Source: Candidatus Latescibacterota bacterium
GTDB taxonomy: Bacteria > Latescibacterota > UBA2968
DNA length: 64,000 nt
Direction: 5' to 3'
NCBI GenBank assembly: GCA_965204745.1
Contig: OZ242010.1
Coordinates: 3,773,389-3,837,388 of the forward strand
How positions within the stretch are numbered: the first letter of the stretch is position 1; the number at the start of each line of letters is the position of its first letter. Shown here piece by piece: positions 31,071 through 39,850 of the stretch. The notes beneath the pieces were generated by a model, which saw nothing but the letters and a program-made list of their open reading frames with translations, was not told the DNA's origin and ran no database searches. Both the position numbers and the translations under genes were made by a program.

Positions 31071-31210
31071 TTTTTGATGATTTGCCACAAAAGGCACAAA
31101 AGGCACAATGCTTTGCCACAAAAGGCACAAAAGGCACAGAAGGCACAAAAGATGAATCGGCTTTTTGTGCTCTTGTGCTTTTTGTGGCTATCGGTTTTAT
31201 GTGGCGACAC

Positions 31211-32791
31211 CTAGTTGTCTTTTGAAGCATCGGACTTGCCATTTTCCCCAGCCGCTTGGTCGGCGTTCATTTTGCCCAAGAACTCGGGCAGTTCAAGGCC
31301 GGCCAAGCGCGCGAGGTCGTGCATGGGGGGCAATGCGCCCATCAGGCGTTGCCCGAGGTTGGACATGCCGCTGTCGCCATTGCCACCGTCCCACACCATC
31401 ACTTTGTCGATGGGCAGGTTGCGAATGGCTTCGGCTTGGATGGTGGCGACTTCGGTGAGGCGTTCGATGATCAGGAAGGCGGCGGCGGCTTGATCGTTGT
31501 CGCCACACGCGGCGACGAGTTGTTTGTACCCCTCGGCCTTGGCGTTGAGAATGGCCTGCGTGCCTTGGGCCTCGGCCTGTTTTTGCGCGAGAATGGCCGC
31601 GGCTTCGCCTTCGGCAATCAGTTGTCGCTGCGCTTTTTCCGCTTCGGCGTCCACGACTTGGCGTTGTTTTTCCGCCTCGGCCTGCACTACGATTTCCGCG
31701 CGCAACCGCGCTTCTTCGCGCAATGCGCGGGCGTCTTCAGCGTCTTTTTCCGCGGTCTCTTGGGCCACGCGAACCGCGCCATCTGTGGCTTTGGTGGCTT
31801 CTTCGGATTTTCGGCGCGCGCCTTCTTCTGCGACGCGCTGTTCTGCGCGATACCCGGCTTTTTTCGCCTCGGCCTCGGTTTCCGATTGCACGGCTTCGGC
31901 TTCGAGAGACGCGACGTTTTGACGCTTGTCGCGCCCGGCCTCGGCTTCGCCAATTTCGGCTTGGGATTCGAGCGTGGCAACTTGTCGGCGTCTGTCGCGC
32001 GCGGCTTCGGCTTCGCCCACTTCGGCCTCTGATTCGAGTGCGGCAACCTGTCGGCGTCTGTCGCGCGCGGCTTCGGCTTCGCCCACTTCGGCCTCTGATT
32101 CGGCTGCTGCGACATCTCGCCGCCTGTCGCGGGCGCGTTCTGCCACGCCGACTTGCCCGTGCCGCTCTTGTTCTGCCACGTCAATGGCCGCCTGATTCAC
32201 GGCTTCGGCAGCGGCTTTTTGACCGATGGCTTTGATGTACCCGCTTTCGTCGTCGATGTCCTTGATGTTGACGTTGATCACGGACAAGCCGATTTTTTCC
32301 ATCTCCGTGGAAACGGCTTCATTGACTTTTGCCATAAATGCCTGACGGTCGCGGTTGATTTCCTCGATCTGCATGGTGGCAATCACCGCGCGCATCTGCC
32401 CGAGGATGATGTCTTGCGATTGGCTTTGGATCTTTTCTCGGGACAGGCCCAAGAGGCGAATGGCCGCGTTTTGCATGATCCCGGACTGGTTGGAAATGGC
32501 CGCCGTGACTGTGGTGGGCACGGATATGCGGATGTTTTCCTGCGAAAGCGCGTTGTCCAAATTGATGGGCACGACAAAGGGTTCGAGGTCGAGGTATTCG
32601 TAATCCTGCAACAGGGGCAGGACGAACGCCGCGCCGCCGTGAACGCATTTCGAGGCTGACTCGCCACCTGTTTTGCCGTAGATGACGAGAATTTTGTTCG
32701 ACGGACAACGCTTGTACCGCGAGATAAAGGTGAGGAACAGCAGAAAGACAACGGTTCCCAAAATGAGGGTGAGAATGAGTTCGGTAGGCAT
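31211..32791 (-). CDS. flotillin-family protein (SPFH/band 7)
   Basis: N-terminal TM helix, SPFH domain, and a long EA-rich coiled coil with 60-bp tandem repeats. Confidence 0.85.
   Translation of the reverse strand: MPTELILTLILGTVVFLLFLTFISRYKRCPSNKILVIYGKTGGESASKCVHGGAAFVLPLLQDYEYLDLEPFVVPINLDNALSQENIRISVPTTVTAAISNQSGIMQNAAIRLLGLSREKIQSQSQDIILGQMRAVIATMQIEEINRDRQAFMAKVNEAVSTEMEKIGLSVINVNIKDIDDESGYIKAIGQKAAAEAVNQAAIDVAEQERHGQVGVAERARDRRRDVAAAESEAEVGEAEAARDRRRQVAALESEAEVGEAEAARDRRRQVATLESQAEIGEAEAGRDKRQNVASLEAEAVQSETEAEAKKAGYRAEQRVAEEGARRKSEEATKATDGAVRVAQETAEKDAEDARALREEARLRAEIVVQAEAEKQRQVVDAEAEKAQRQLIAEGEAAAILAQKQAEAQGTQAILNAKAEGYKQLVAACGDNDQAAAAFLIIERLTEVATIQAEAIRNLPIDKVMVWDGGNGDSGMSNLGQRLMGALPPMHDLARLAGLELPEFLGKMNADQAAGENGKSDASKDN
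31915..32155 (-). repeat. approximately 60-bp tandem repeats inside the flotillin coiled coil
   Basis: ESEAEVGEAEAARDRRRQVA repeated 3-4 times at nucleotide level. Confidence 0.7.
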
Positions 32792-32811
32792 AGCCCCTCC
32801 CGTGGTGAGAA

Positions 32812-33399
32812 TTAAATGGGTTCGACTTCGACGGTGGTGGTGTCGAGTGTACGCAGCACGCGCACCTGCGTCTTGTGCTGGATGGAGTATCCGCCCTTGC
32901 TGCGCGCAGAGACGTAGTTGACGGCGCCGCTTTCCATCACGCGAATTTGGCCGGTGCCGTTTTCGGGAATGTCGATATAGACTTCGCCCTCATTGCCGAT
33001 GCAGGACGACAGGTTTCGGGTATGGGATTCGGAGAGTTGTTGCACTTTGTAAAAAAAGTAGGCCACGATGACCATGCCCGCGGCCCCCCAGACAAAGCCG
33101 CGAATAACGGCTTGTTCGACGGAATGGCCCGAATCGAGATAGAGCGCGCCCGCCCAGCCAAAGAGCATCCCAAAGGCGATCACGGATCGGATCGAGAGCA
33201 GTTGAAAGGTGGCGACGCCGGCGTCGAAACCATCGACATCTGGCCCCGCATCAGTCGCGCCCAAGCCATCGACCGAATCGCCCAAGCCGGTGAGCGTGGT
33301 GATGAGTTGCCACAAAAACAAGAAACTGAAGAACACGGCAATGCCGTAGAACACTTGGTTGAGCAAGGTGAGCTCGATCCACCAGATTTGCATAATCAC
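32812..33399 (-). CDS. NfeD-family membrane protein (flotillin partner)
   Basis: Two TM hairpins and a C-terminal OB-fold-like segment; 20 nt upstream of the flotillin gene. Confidence 0.75.
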   Translation of the reverse strand: MIMQIWWIELTLLNQVFYGIAVFFSFLFLWQLITTLTGLGDSVDGLGATDAGPDVDGFDAGVATFQLLSIRSVIAFGMLFGWAGALYLDSGHSVEQAVIRGFVWGAAGMVIVAYFFYKVQQLSESHTRNLSSCIGNEGEVYIDIPENGTGQIRVMESGAVNYVSARSKGGYSIQHKTQVRVLRTLDTTTVEVEPI

Positions 33400-33439
33400 C
33401 TCCTTATACTAAATTGATTTCCTGTTGACCTAATGTGTT

Positions 33440-33813
33440 GCGATATGCAGACAGGAAGCGATCTCCTTGACGTTCCACAATCATTCAGAGAAGCCATGGC
33501 AACTATGCCATCGCAAAGGACCATCCAATTAAAGCCATCACGCACAGCGCGCAAGGCCATCTCGCAACCAATGTCCATCTTGCAACCCACTTTACAGGCT
33601 GACGCATATCGTTCTGTTACAAAAGCGATTTGCGCTGTGCAAGCCCCTCGGCGTTTGAGAGCGGCATTTTTGAACTGCTGGGGCAGTTGTACCCCGCTCG
33701 CTTACTTTTTTTGCTGTTGAAAAAAAGTAGGTCGCCGAAGGCATCGGAGGCAACCAACGAGGCTTTAGGACCAAACGCATTAAACGTCAAAAAATAAAAT
33801 GTCACCACGACCT
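33440..33813 (+). repeat. approximately 330-bp repeat element (second copy at 54940-55297), ending in the IS-end-like sequence
   Basis: Near-identical long segment ATCACGCACAGCGCGCAAGGCC...TTTGCTGTTGAAAAAAAGTAGGTCGCCGAAGGCATCGGAGGCAACCAACGAGGC. Confidence 0.8.
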
Positions 33814-33911
33814 AAATATGTATGACCAAACGCTGAAAAGCAATGGGTATTTATTTTATACCTATCCCCCGTTATTCGCTCCCCTCCTCGTCTCGGAGGA
33901 GGGGGCTTGTT

Positions 33912-34490
33912 TTACCCAGGCTGCAAGTCGAGTTTGAGAAACTCGGCTTTGAGTTGCTGTCGCGCGCGGAACATCCAAGTCTTCAGGGTGCCGATCGGGA
34001 CTTGAAGCACCTGCGTGATTTCCTCGTAAGACCAGTCCATCACATAGCGCAACCACATGGCTTTGCGATAGCGTTCGGGCAGTTTTTGAATGCTCTTTTG
34101 GACCAGCGCAATGCGTTCCCGATGCTCCACGATTTGGTCTGGGCGATTGTCGGGCGCGAGGTCGCGGAGGACATTGTGAACGGCTTCCGGGTCTTCGGTT
34201 TGGCGGATCCAGTTTTGTCGGACGTGTTGCGAGCGCAGGTGCGAACGATAGGCGTTGAGGGCAATTTGCGTGAGCCAAGTCGAAAAGGCCGCGCGGCCTT
34301 TGAAGGTGTGGAGCGAGCGATAGGCGCGATAAAAGGTGTTTTGCATCAGGTCGTCAACCGTGTCGCGGTCCGAAACGCGCTGTGCCAGAGTGCTGTAAAT
34401 CTGGCTGTGGTACTTGTGGTAGAGTTGTTCAAACGCGCTACGGTCGCCCGCAATGGCTGCGCGAATCAAGATATGGTCGGACGTTTTCAT
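33912..34490 (-). CDS. ECF sigma factor (paralog of 11008-11630)
   Basis: AAFSTWLTQIALNAY and the region 4 HTH. Confidence 0.85.
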   Translation of the reverse strand: MKTSDHILIRAAIAGDRSAFEQLYHKYHSQIYSTLAQRVSDRDTVDDLMQNTFYRAYRSLHTFKGRAAFSTWLTQIALNAYRSHLRSQHVRQNWIRQTEDPEAVHNVLRDLAPDNRPDQIVEHRERIALVQKSIQKLPERYRKAMWLRYVMDWSYEEITQVLQVPIGTLKTWMFRARQQLKAEFLKLDLQPG

Positions 34491-34729
34491 TGGGTCTCCA
34501 CTGGTTAAGACAATGAACCAAAAAAAGAACAAAAGTCACTGGAACTCCGACGTTGGCTACGCCTGAGCCTGCGCCGGAGCGACGAAATATGGATGGGTGG
34601 TTGGGGGGAACTGACAACCGACAACTGACAACTGACAACTCGGACGGTGGCGGGGTTGCCTCACCTCTCCCGTCTCCCGTCTTACGTCTCACCGAAGGGG
34701 GTTGGGCGATGCGGACTAACAACTGACCG

Positions 34730-35755
34730 TCAATCCCGAATCGAAACCTCGCCGCCGCTCAACTCTTTCACCTTAACGGGCGTCGCGCCGCCGCGGACCA
34801 CGATAGCACCGCCGGAACTGGCATAGGCTGTGACGGTCTCCGTCAACCGCACGACGACATCGGCACCACTGGTCGCTCGCAAGTCGCCGCGCTGACACGT
34901 CAGACCGTTCGCATCCACGTCCCCACTGCTACTCGCCTCAACGTCCAACTCGCCGCACGTTCCAGACACAGTCACATCCCCACTGCTGGTCGCTTTCACA
35001 GACACATCGCCGCCGGAAACTTTGGCTTCGATATCCCCAGAGGACGACGCACGCAAATTGCTGTGCTGACACGTCAGGCCATCGGCCTTTACATCCCCAC
35101 TGCTACTCGCCTTAACATCCAACTTGTCGCACGTTCCAGACGCGGTCACATCCCCACTGCTGGTCGCCTCGACATCCAATTTGCCATAAGTCCCGGATAC
35201 GGTCACATCCCCACTGCTGTCCGCATCCACGGACACATCGCCGCCGGTGACTTCGGCGTTGACATTCGCAGAGGACGACGCACGGATGGCGAGTTTTTCG
35301 GTTTCAATCCCCTTTGCCGTGACCCTGCTGTTGACAGACGCGCCGAGATGCTCAATGCGGGGCATTGTGACGCGCACCGTGTACGTGGGCACGCGCTCGC
35401 CATCTATCAAAACAACGCGCTGACCATCTTTGCGCTGGACCCGAATAGTTTTGTGCTTCCACACCTCTTCGGGCCGCGTCGCAATGAGCACACCATCTGC
35501 CACCTCGATCTCCAAACCGCTGAAATCCCCAGCCTCGGTATGGGCCACCACGCTGAACGCATCGCCCTGCGCGAGTTCGACATCAACCGCAACACTGGCG
35601 CGCACCTTGGTAAAACCGCTCAAATCGTACACCTTGGACTCGGCATGCCCATCGACCGTCGGGCCGCCCACGAGTGTTGCCATCATCAAAACGCCAAGGC
35701 CCCATCGCGGAAATCGCGCGAGCCTGCGAACGGGTTTGCTATCTCGATTTTTCAT
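34730..35755 (-). CDS. DUF2807/head-GIN-like putative adhesin (beta-helical repeats)
   Basis: Signal/TM N-terminus and repeated SSGDV(T/K)(V/A)SG units. Confidence 0.7.
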   Translation of the reverse strand: MKNRDSKPVRRLARFPRWGLGVLMMATLVGGPTVDGHAESKVYDLSGFTKVRASVAVDVELAQGDAFSVVAHTEAGDFSGLEIEVADGVLIATRPEEVWKHKTIRVQRKDGQRVVLIDGERVPTYTVRVTMPRIEHLGASVNSRVTAKGIETEKLAIRASSSANVNAEVTGGDVSVDADSSGDVTVSGTYGKLDVEATSSGDVTASGTCDKLDVKASSSGDVKADGLTCQHSNLRASSSGDIEAKVSGGDVSVKATSSGDVTVSGTCGELDVEASSSGDVDANGLTCQRGDLRATSGADVVVRLTETVTAYASSGGAIVVRGGATPVKVKELSGGEVSIRD

Positions 35756-35973
35756 GTTGAACCTCCTCCTAATTTTTGGACGGGCATGCTTTAATTCATT
35801 GGGCCTGTCCCTACGATTGATTGCTGACCGCTAACCGCTGACCGCTTGGGGGCTGAAGGGCGGTGCGGACTGACAACTGACAACTGACTACTGACAACTC
35901 GGGCGGTGGCGGGGTCGCCTCACCTCTCACCTCTCACCTCTTACGTCTCACCGAAGGGGTTGGGCGGTGCGGA

Positions 35974-36062
35974 CTGACAACTGACAACTGACAACTGACA
36001 ACTGACAACTGACAACTGACAACTGACAACTGACAACTGACAACTGACAACTGACAACTGAC
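35974..36062 (+). repeat. (CTGACAA)12 heptanucleotide microsatellite
   Basis: Perfect tandem heptamers. Shorter arrays are at 11861, 27706, 34601, 35873, 42189, 61663, and a variant at 38432. Confidence 0.95.
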
Positions 36063-36064
36063 CC

Positions 36065-36235
36065 TCAATCCCTCCTGATCAACCGATAGCCCACCGCGAT
36101 GACGCCGATGAAAATGGCGAGTGTGAGCAGGAGAAAGATCATCTTAAACATAGAGCCGATAAGCGGGAGGAGAAGATAGAGGGCGATAACGCCGCCGATG
36201 ACGATGAGCAAGAGACCGATGAGTTTTGCAAACAT
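36065..36235 (-). CDS. 56-aa two-TM membrane protein (below the ORF-track cutoff)
   Basis: MFAKLIGLLLIVIGGVIALYLLLPLIGSMFKMIFLLLTLAIFIGVIAVGYRLIRRD. Confidence 0.45.
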   Translation of the reverse strand: MFAKLIGLLLIVIGGVIALYLLLPLIGSMFKMIFLLLTLAIFIGVIAVGYRLIRRD

Positions 36236-36250
36236 GGGGTGTCCTTTCTG

Positions 36251-36589
36251 CTAATCCCGAATGATCTTCGGGTCTATTGGCGTGACGAGGGTTTCCCGTT
36301 CGAGACGCTTGATTTTTTCATCGTTGGCAAGCACGATGTCTTGAAGGTCTCTAAGGCGTGTCTCGCATTCTGACAGGCGTTTGGATTGTTTTGCCGAATC
36401 TGCATTTTTTTTCCCCTTGGACACGGGCGGTTCGCCTTGTTGGACAATGGCGAGAACCGTGATTGTGACCCAAGCAGCCACCAAGATGCAACCGCCGCCA
36501 AATGTCGGCCCGTCGAGAACATAAGCAATCGTGCCGCTTGCGAGAATAATCAAACTGATGCCAGTGATGATCCCAAAAAAGATACGCAT
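36251..36589 (-). CDS. PspB-like membrane protein
   Basis: TM helices plus a RLRDLQDIVLANDEKIKRLE motif resembling PspB. Confidence 0.55.
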   Translation of the reverse strand: MRIFFGIITGISLIILASGTIAYVLDGPTFGGGCILVAAWVTITVLAIVQQGEPPVSKGKKNADSAKQSKRLSECETRLRDLQDIVLANDEKIKRLERETLVTPIDPKIIRD

Positions 36590-36600
36590 GGTGTCCTCCC

Positions 36601-36798
36601 TTATTTTTTGCTGAGTTTTTCGTCGATGGCGATCATGACATCTTGAATGTCCGTCAGCCTGCGTTCGAGTTCGTCCATTCTTGCGGACAGCCGCGCTTCC
36701 GCGTCGCTGGGGATGGTGCCCTTGCCGCGCCTGTCGACGTATTTGTGGACCGCAGATGCGAGAATGATGATCGCAACCATGATGCCAATTTCAAACAT
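36601..36798 (-). CDS. PspB-like small membrane protein
   Basis: One TM helix and MDELERRLTDIQDVMIAIDEKL; shares this motif with 36251-36589. Confidence 0.6.
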   Translation of the reverse strand: MFEIGIMVAIIILASAVHKYVDRRGKGTIPSDAEARLSARMDELERRLTDIQDVMIAIDEKLSKK

Positions 36799-36824
36799 GA
36801 TTTTGCCCTCCCTCCTGTTGCCGA

Positions 36825-37475
36825 TTAAAGTTCATCCACGGGCCTTGCCCAGTGTTTTTCATCCCAGCGTTCGATTTCCAAGAAGTGGTACACGACCAGC
36901 CCTGACTCGGAGATTCGCATTTCCGCGTGACCGCTCAAGACCAATTCGCGCAGAAGTTCCTCGGTTTTTTCAACCGTGATTTTGCTCTCTGTCGCCGCTT
37001 CTATCACCGTGAGACTGCCCCCTTTTTCCCTGGCCAGACGCAGGATGCGAAGTTGGTTTTTGGCGCGTGCTTTCTCGTCTGCGGATCGCTTGATGCGGCG
37101 ACCTGCCCAATAGGTGAACTGCGCCATGACCATCAGCACGAGGCCGATGCTGACGGGTTCGAGCATTGCGGAAGTTGTGCCATTTGCCCAAGGCCGGTGT
37201 TCGGTCAATGAATACAGCACGAGCATGAGGCCGCTAAACCCTTGCAGCGCGGCCATTCCGATAAAACCATAAGCAAAGAGATAACGCATGACACAACTCC
37301 CATCCGTGGCGAGATCAGAGAGGCGGTCGGGCACGCGCTTGAACGGATGGGTCGCGCTGTGAACGAGCACCTCCCATTGCCCGTTCCACCTGTTTTTCAC
37401 TTTTTGCTCGACCCCGTTGACCGCGCGGTCAATTTTGCGGGCGATTTCGTCGGCGAGTTTTTCCAGATCACGCAT
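36825..37475 (-). CDS. hypothetical membrane protein in the psp operon (C-terminal winged-helix-like region)
   Basis: Overlaps the pspA stop by 8 nt; 2-3 TM helices. Confidence 0.6.
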   Translation of the reverse strand: MRDLEKLADEIARKIDRAVNGVEQKVKNRWNGQWEVLVHSATHPFKRVPDRLSDLATDGSCVMRYLFAYGFIGMAALQGFSGLMLVLYSLTEHRPWANGTTSAMLEPVSIGLVLMVMAQFTYWAGRRIKRSADEKARAKNQLRILRLAREKGGSLTVIEAATESKITVEKTEELLRELVLSGHAEMRISESGLVVYHFLEIERWDEKHWARPVDEL

Positions 37476-38145
37476 CTTTTTGTCCCAATTTCTGTTTCAG
37501 CGCGTCGAGTTCGTCTTCAACCGCGTTTTTGCGCTCGAGTCGGGAAAATTCTTCTTCCAGCGAGGGATCGGAATCGGCCATGGCCTGATGCGCTTCGGCC
37601 TCGGCTTCTTCGGTTTCGATGCGCTGGCGGAACCGGTCAAAGCTCGAAAACGCGTCGTCGCCCACGCCCGAGAGGCCCTTGGCGATTTGCTTGCGCGCTT
37701 CGGCTGCGCGGCGGCGGGCAATCAGCGCGCCTTGGCGGGTGCGCGCTTCGTCGAGTTTGGCTTTGAGTTGGGTGAGTTGTTGCTTGAGTTGGGCAGAGGT
37801 TTTTTGGCTTTCTTCCAAAGCCGCTTCGAGGTCGCGGGCCGCTTCTTGCGTTGCGGCTTTGCGCTCGAGGGCGCGACGGGCCAGGTCGTCTGCGCCGGCT
37901 TCAACGGCCAATTCGGCCTTTTTTTGCCACGCTTCGATCTGATCTTGCTTTTCGATGTGCTGTCTCTCCAAGCGTTTTTCATTGGCAACCGCCGTGCCGA
38001 CCGAGGCCGTGGCTTTGTTGACGGCTTCTTCCATTTCCAAGATCATCTGCCGGATCATCTTCTCCGGGTCTTCTGCCCGGGTGATGAGGTCGTTGACATT
38101 GGCCTTGACGATGTCGGCCATTCTCGAAAAAATTCCGCGTGCCAT
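37468..38145 (-). CDS. pspA: PspA/IM30-family protein
   Basis: MARGIFSRMADIVKANVNDLITRAEDPEKMIRQMILEMEEA is the canonical PspA N-terminus; 225 aa coiled coil. Confidence 0.9.
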   Translation of the reverse strand: MARGIFSRMADIVKANVNDLITRAEDPEKMIRQMILEMEEAVNKATASVGTAVANEKRLERQHIEKQDQIEAWQKKAELAVEAGADDLARRALERKAATQEAARDLEAALEESQKTSAQLKQQLTQLKAKLDEARTRQGALIARRRAAEARKQIAKGLSGVGDDAFSSFDRFRQRIETEEAEAEAHQAMADSDPSLEEEFSRLERKNAVEDELDALKQKLGQKDA

Positions 38146-38202
38146 GTTCTGCTCCTTTCGTTGGGACTTGGGGAATGTGGGTTTAATCTGACGCCCTTTT
38201 AA

Positions 38203-38218
38203 CGCAAGGCGCGTGCCA
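38203..38218 (-). promoter_or_regulatory. sigma-54 (-24/-12) promoter of the psp operon
   Basis: The minus strand reads TGGCACGCGCCTTGCG, matching the TGGCAC-N5-TTGC consensus, about 60 nt upstream of the pspA ATG. Confidence 0.75.
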
Positions 38219-38265
38219 AAGTTGCGCGTTCTGCATTACGCCCTGTTTTTCAACCAGATAGATAT

Positions 38266-38284
38266 TTTGTGCCCATGAGACGGG
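38266..38284 (-). promoter_or_regulatory. palindromic putative enhancer-binding-protein site
   Basis: TTGGCAAATATTGCCA is a perfect palindrome roughly 60-80 bp upstream of the sigma-54 promoter. Confidence 0.4.
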
Positions 38285-38701
38285 CAAAGCCATTTGGCAA
38301 ATATTGCCATGCGCGCTGGCGGGATTGACCAAAAATCAGTGGTCAGTTTCCACCCCGCACAACCCCCTTCGGTGAGAGGTAAGACAGGAGAGGTAAGAGG
38401 GTTGGTCAGTCCCAGTTTATCCTCAAGTGGTCAGTGGTCAGTGGTCAGTCCTCCGTTGCTCCAAATCAGTACAAACTCAGCGGTATCCCCCCGTTTCGCA
38501 GATGAACTGCTATGCAGTTGTACCCCGATTCATGATGAGCGGTATTCTCGCAAGTCATTCCTTGTCTTTTTTACGCAAAAGGTCTATTATCTGCGCTACC
38601 TTGTTGATCGGACAATCGCCGCTGAAAGATGGCTTCTCGAGAGCCACCCTCTGCTTCAGCAAGGGGAGTACGTCACCCAACACCACACACTGGAGGTCGA
38701 T

Positions 38702-39739
38702 ATGTACATCGGAACACAGACCAGTTGTCGGAACGAAACGGACATTGAGGTTCTCGCGCAACTCGGGGTGTTTAACGTGGATCAAACGCCGAGCGGGCCG
38801 TGGGCGGACTGGACGACCGATACGATCAAATCCCTGCGCGACCAGTTCGACAAGTACGGCATCAATGTCGAAATGATGCAGTTGAGCCGTTGCTCGCTCG
38901 GCGCTTGCCAAGGCACAAAAGGCATGCGCGGCATAGTTCCCTTGGGCTCGCAAAGCGCGTTCAAAAATGAGGCCGGCGCGATTTTCCTGGGGCCCAGCGA
39001 CGCACGCGACCGCGCATTGGATCGCATGTGCGAGACAATCAGAATGGCCGCAGAAGCGGGCCTGCGCGGGCTGAATTACAACATCACCATCTTGGGACAC
39101 CTCCGCACAGAAGCGCGATACGGCCGCGGACACGCACGGCTGTCGTCGTTTGAATACGACAAATTGGACCAATCCCTAGGCATGTTTGAGGGCGGGCCGG
39201 CAGACGAGGACGAGATGTGGGAACGCATTGACCACTGGCTGCAGTGCATCATCCCAGTGGCCGAGGAGTACAAAATTCAGATGGCCTGTCACCCCTCTGA
39301 CCCGGGCATCGGATACGGCACGACGTATCGGGGAGTCGCGCGCGTGCTCGGCATGGTGGATGGCTTCAAGAAGCTCGTCGACCTGTACGACAGCCCGTAC
39401 AACGGCCTGAACTTCTGCTTGGGTTGCATGGCCGAGAGCCTCGAAAATCCCGCGGAAGAGATCTATGACGTGATCCGGTATTTTGGATCGCGCAAGAAAA
39501 TTTTCAATGTCCACTTCCGCAACATCAAGGGCGGGCTCCGCAATTTCGTCGAAGTGTTCCCAGACGAGGGCGACGTGAACATGCTCAAAGCCCTGCGGAC
39601 ATTTAAAGAAGTCGGGTACGAATACATGATCATGCCCGACCATGTCCCGGGCATCTCCGGCCCCGAAGCCAGACAGGTCGGCTTTGCCTATACGTACGGG
39701 TACATCCACGCGCTGTTGCAGGCGGTTCATGAGCGTTAG
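38702..39739 (+). CDS. uxuA: mannonate dehydratase
   Basis: IIPVAEEYKIQMACHPSDPG and IMPDHVPG align with E. coli UxuA; RBS GGAGGT. Confidence 0.8.
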   Translation: MYIGTQTSCRNETDIEVLAQLGVFNVDQTPSGPWADWTTDTIKSLRDQFDKYGINVEMMQLSRCSLGACQGTKGMRGIVPLGSQSAFKNEAGAIFLGPSDARDRALDRMCETIRMAAEAGLRGLNYNITILGHLRTEARYGRGHARLSSFEYDKLDQSLGMFEGGPADEDEMWERIDHWLQCIIPVAEEYKIQMACHPSDPGIGYGTTYRGVARVLGMVDGFKKLVDLYDSPYNGLNFCLGCMAESLENPAEEIYDVIRYFGSRKKIFNVHFRNIKGGLRNFVEVFPDEGDVNMLKALRTFKEVGYEYMIMPDHVPGISGPEARQVGFAYTYGYIHALLQAVHER

Positions 39740-39740
39740 A

Positions 39741-39826
39741 GACCTACCCCCCTTCCTTCCCTCACAGGCACAGGCGTAGCCTACAACGAAGCGTAGCGAG
39801 TAACGGGAGCCAGGGGGGTAGGTCCC
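39741..39826 (+). repeat. minimal 86-bp MITE with perfect TIRs GACCTACCCCCC / GGGGGGTAGGTC
   Basis: Terminal inverted repeats flank the core CAGGCACAGGCGTAGCCTACAACGAAGCGTAGCGAGTAACGG, which is shared with all other copies. Confidence 0.85.
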
Positions 39827-39850
39827 TCAGCTTCTTAATTTTTCTTGGTA

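Noticed and set aside
31085-31148. N-terminal extension MCLLCLLCLLWQ... of the histidine kinase ORF
   Set aside because: It is encoded by the (CCACAAAAGG) microsatellite; the real start is placed at MSNDQHT (31070).
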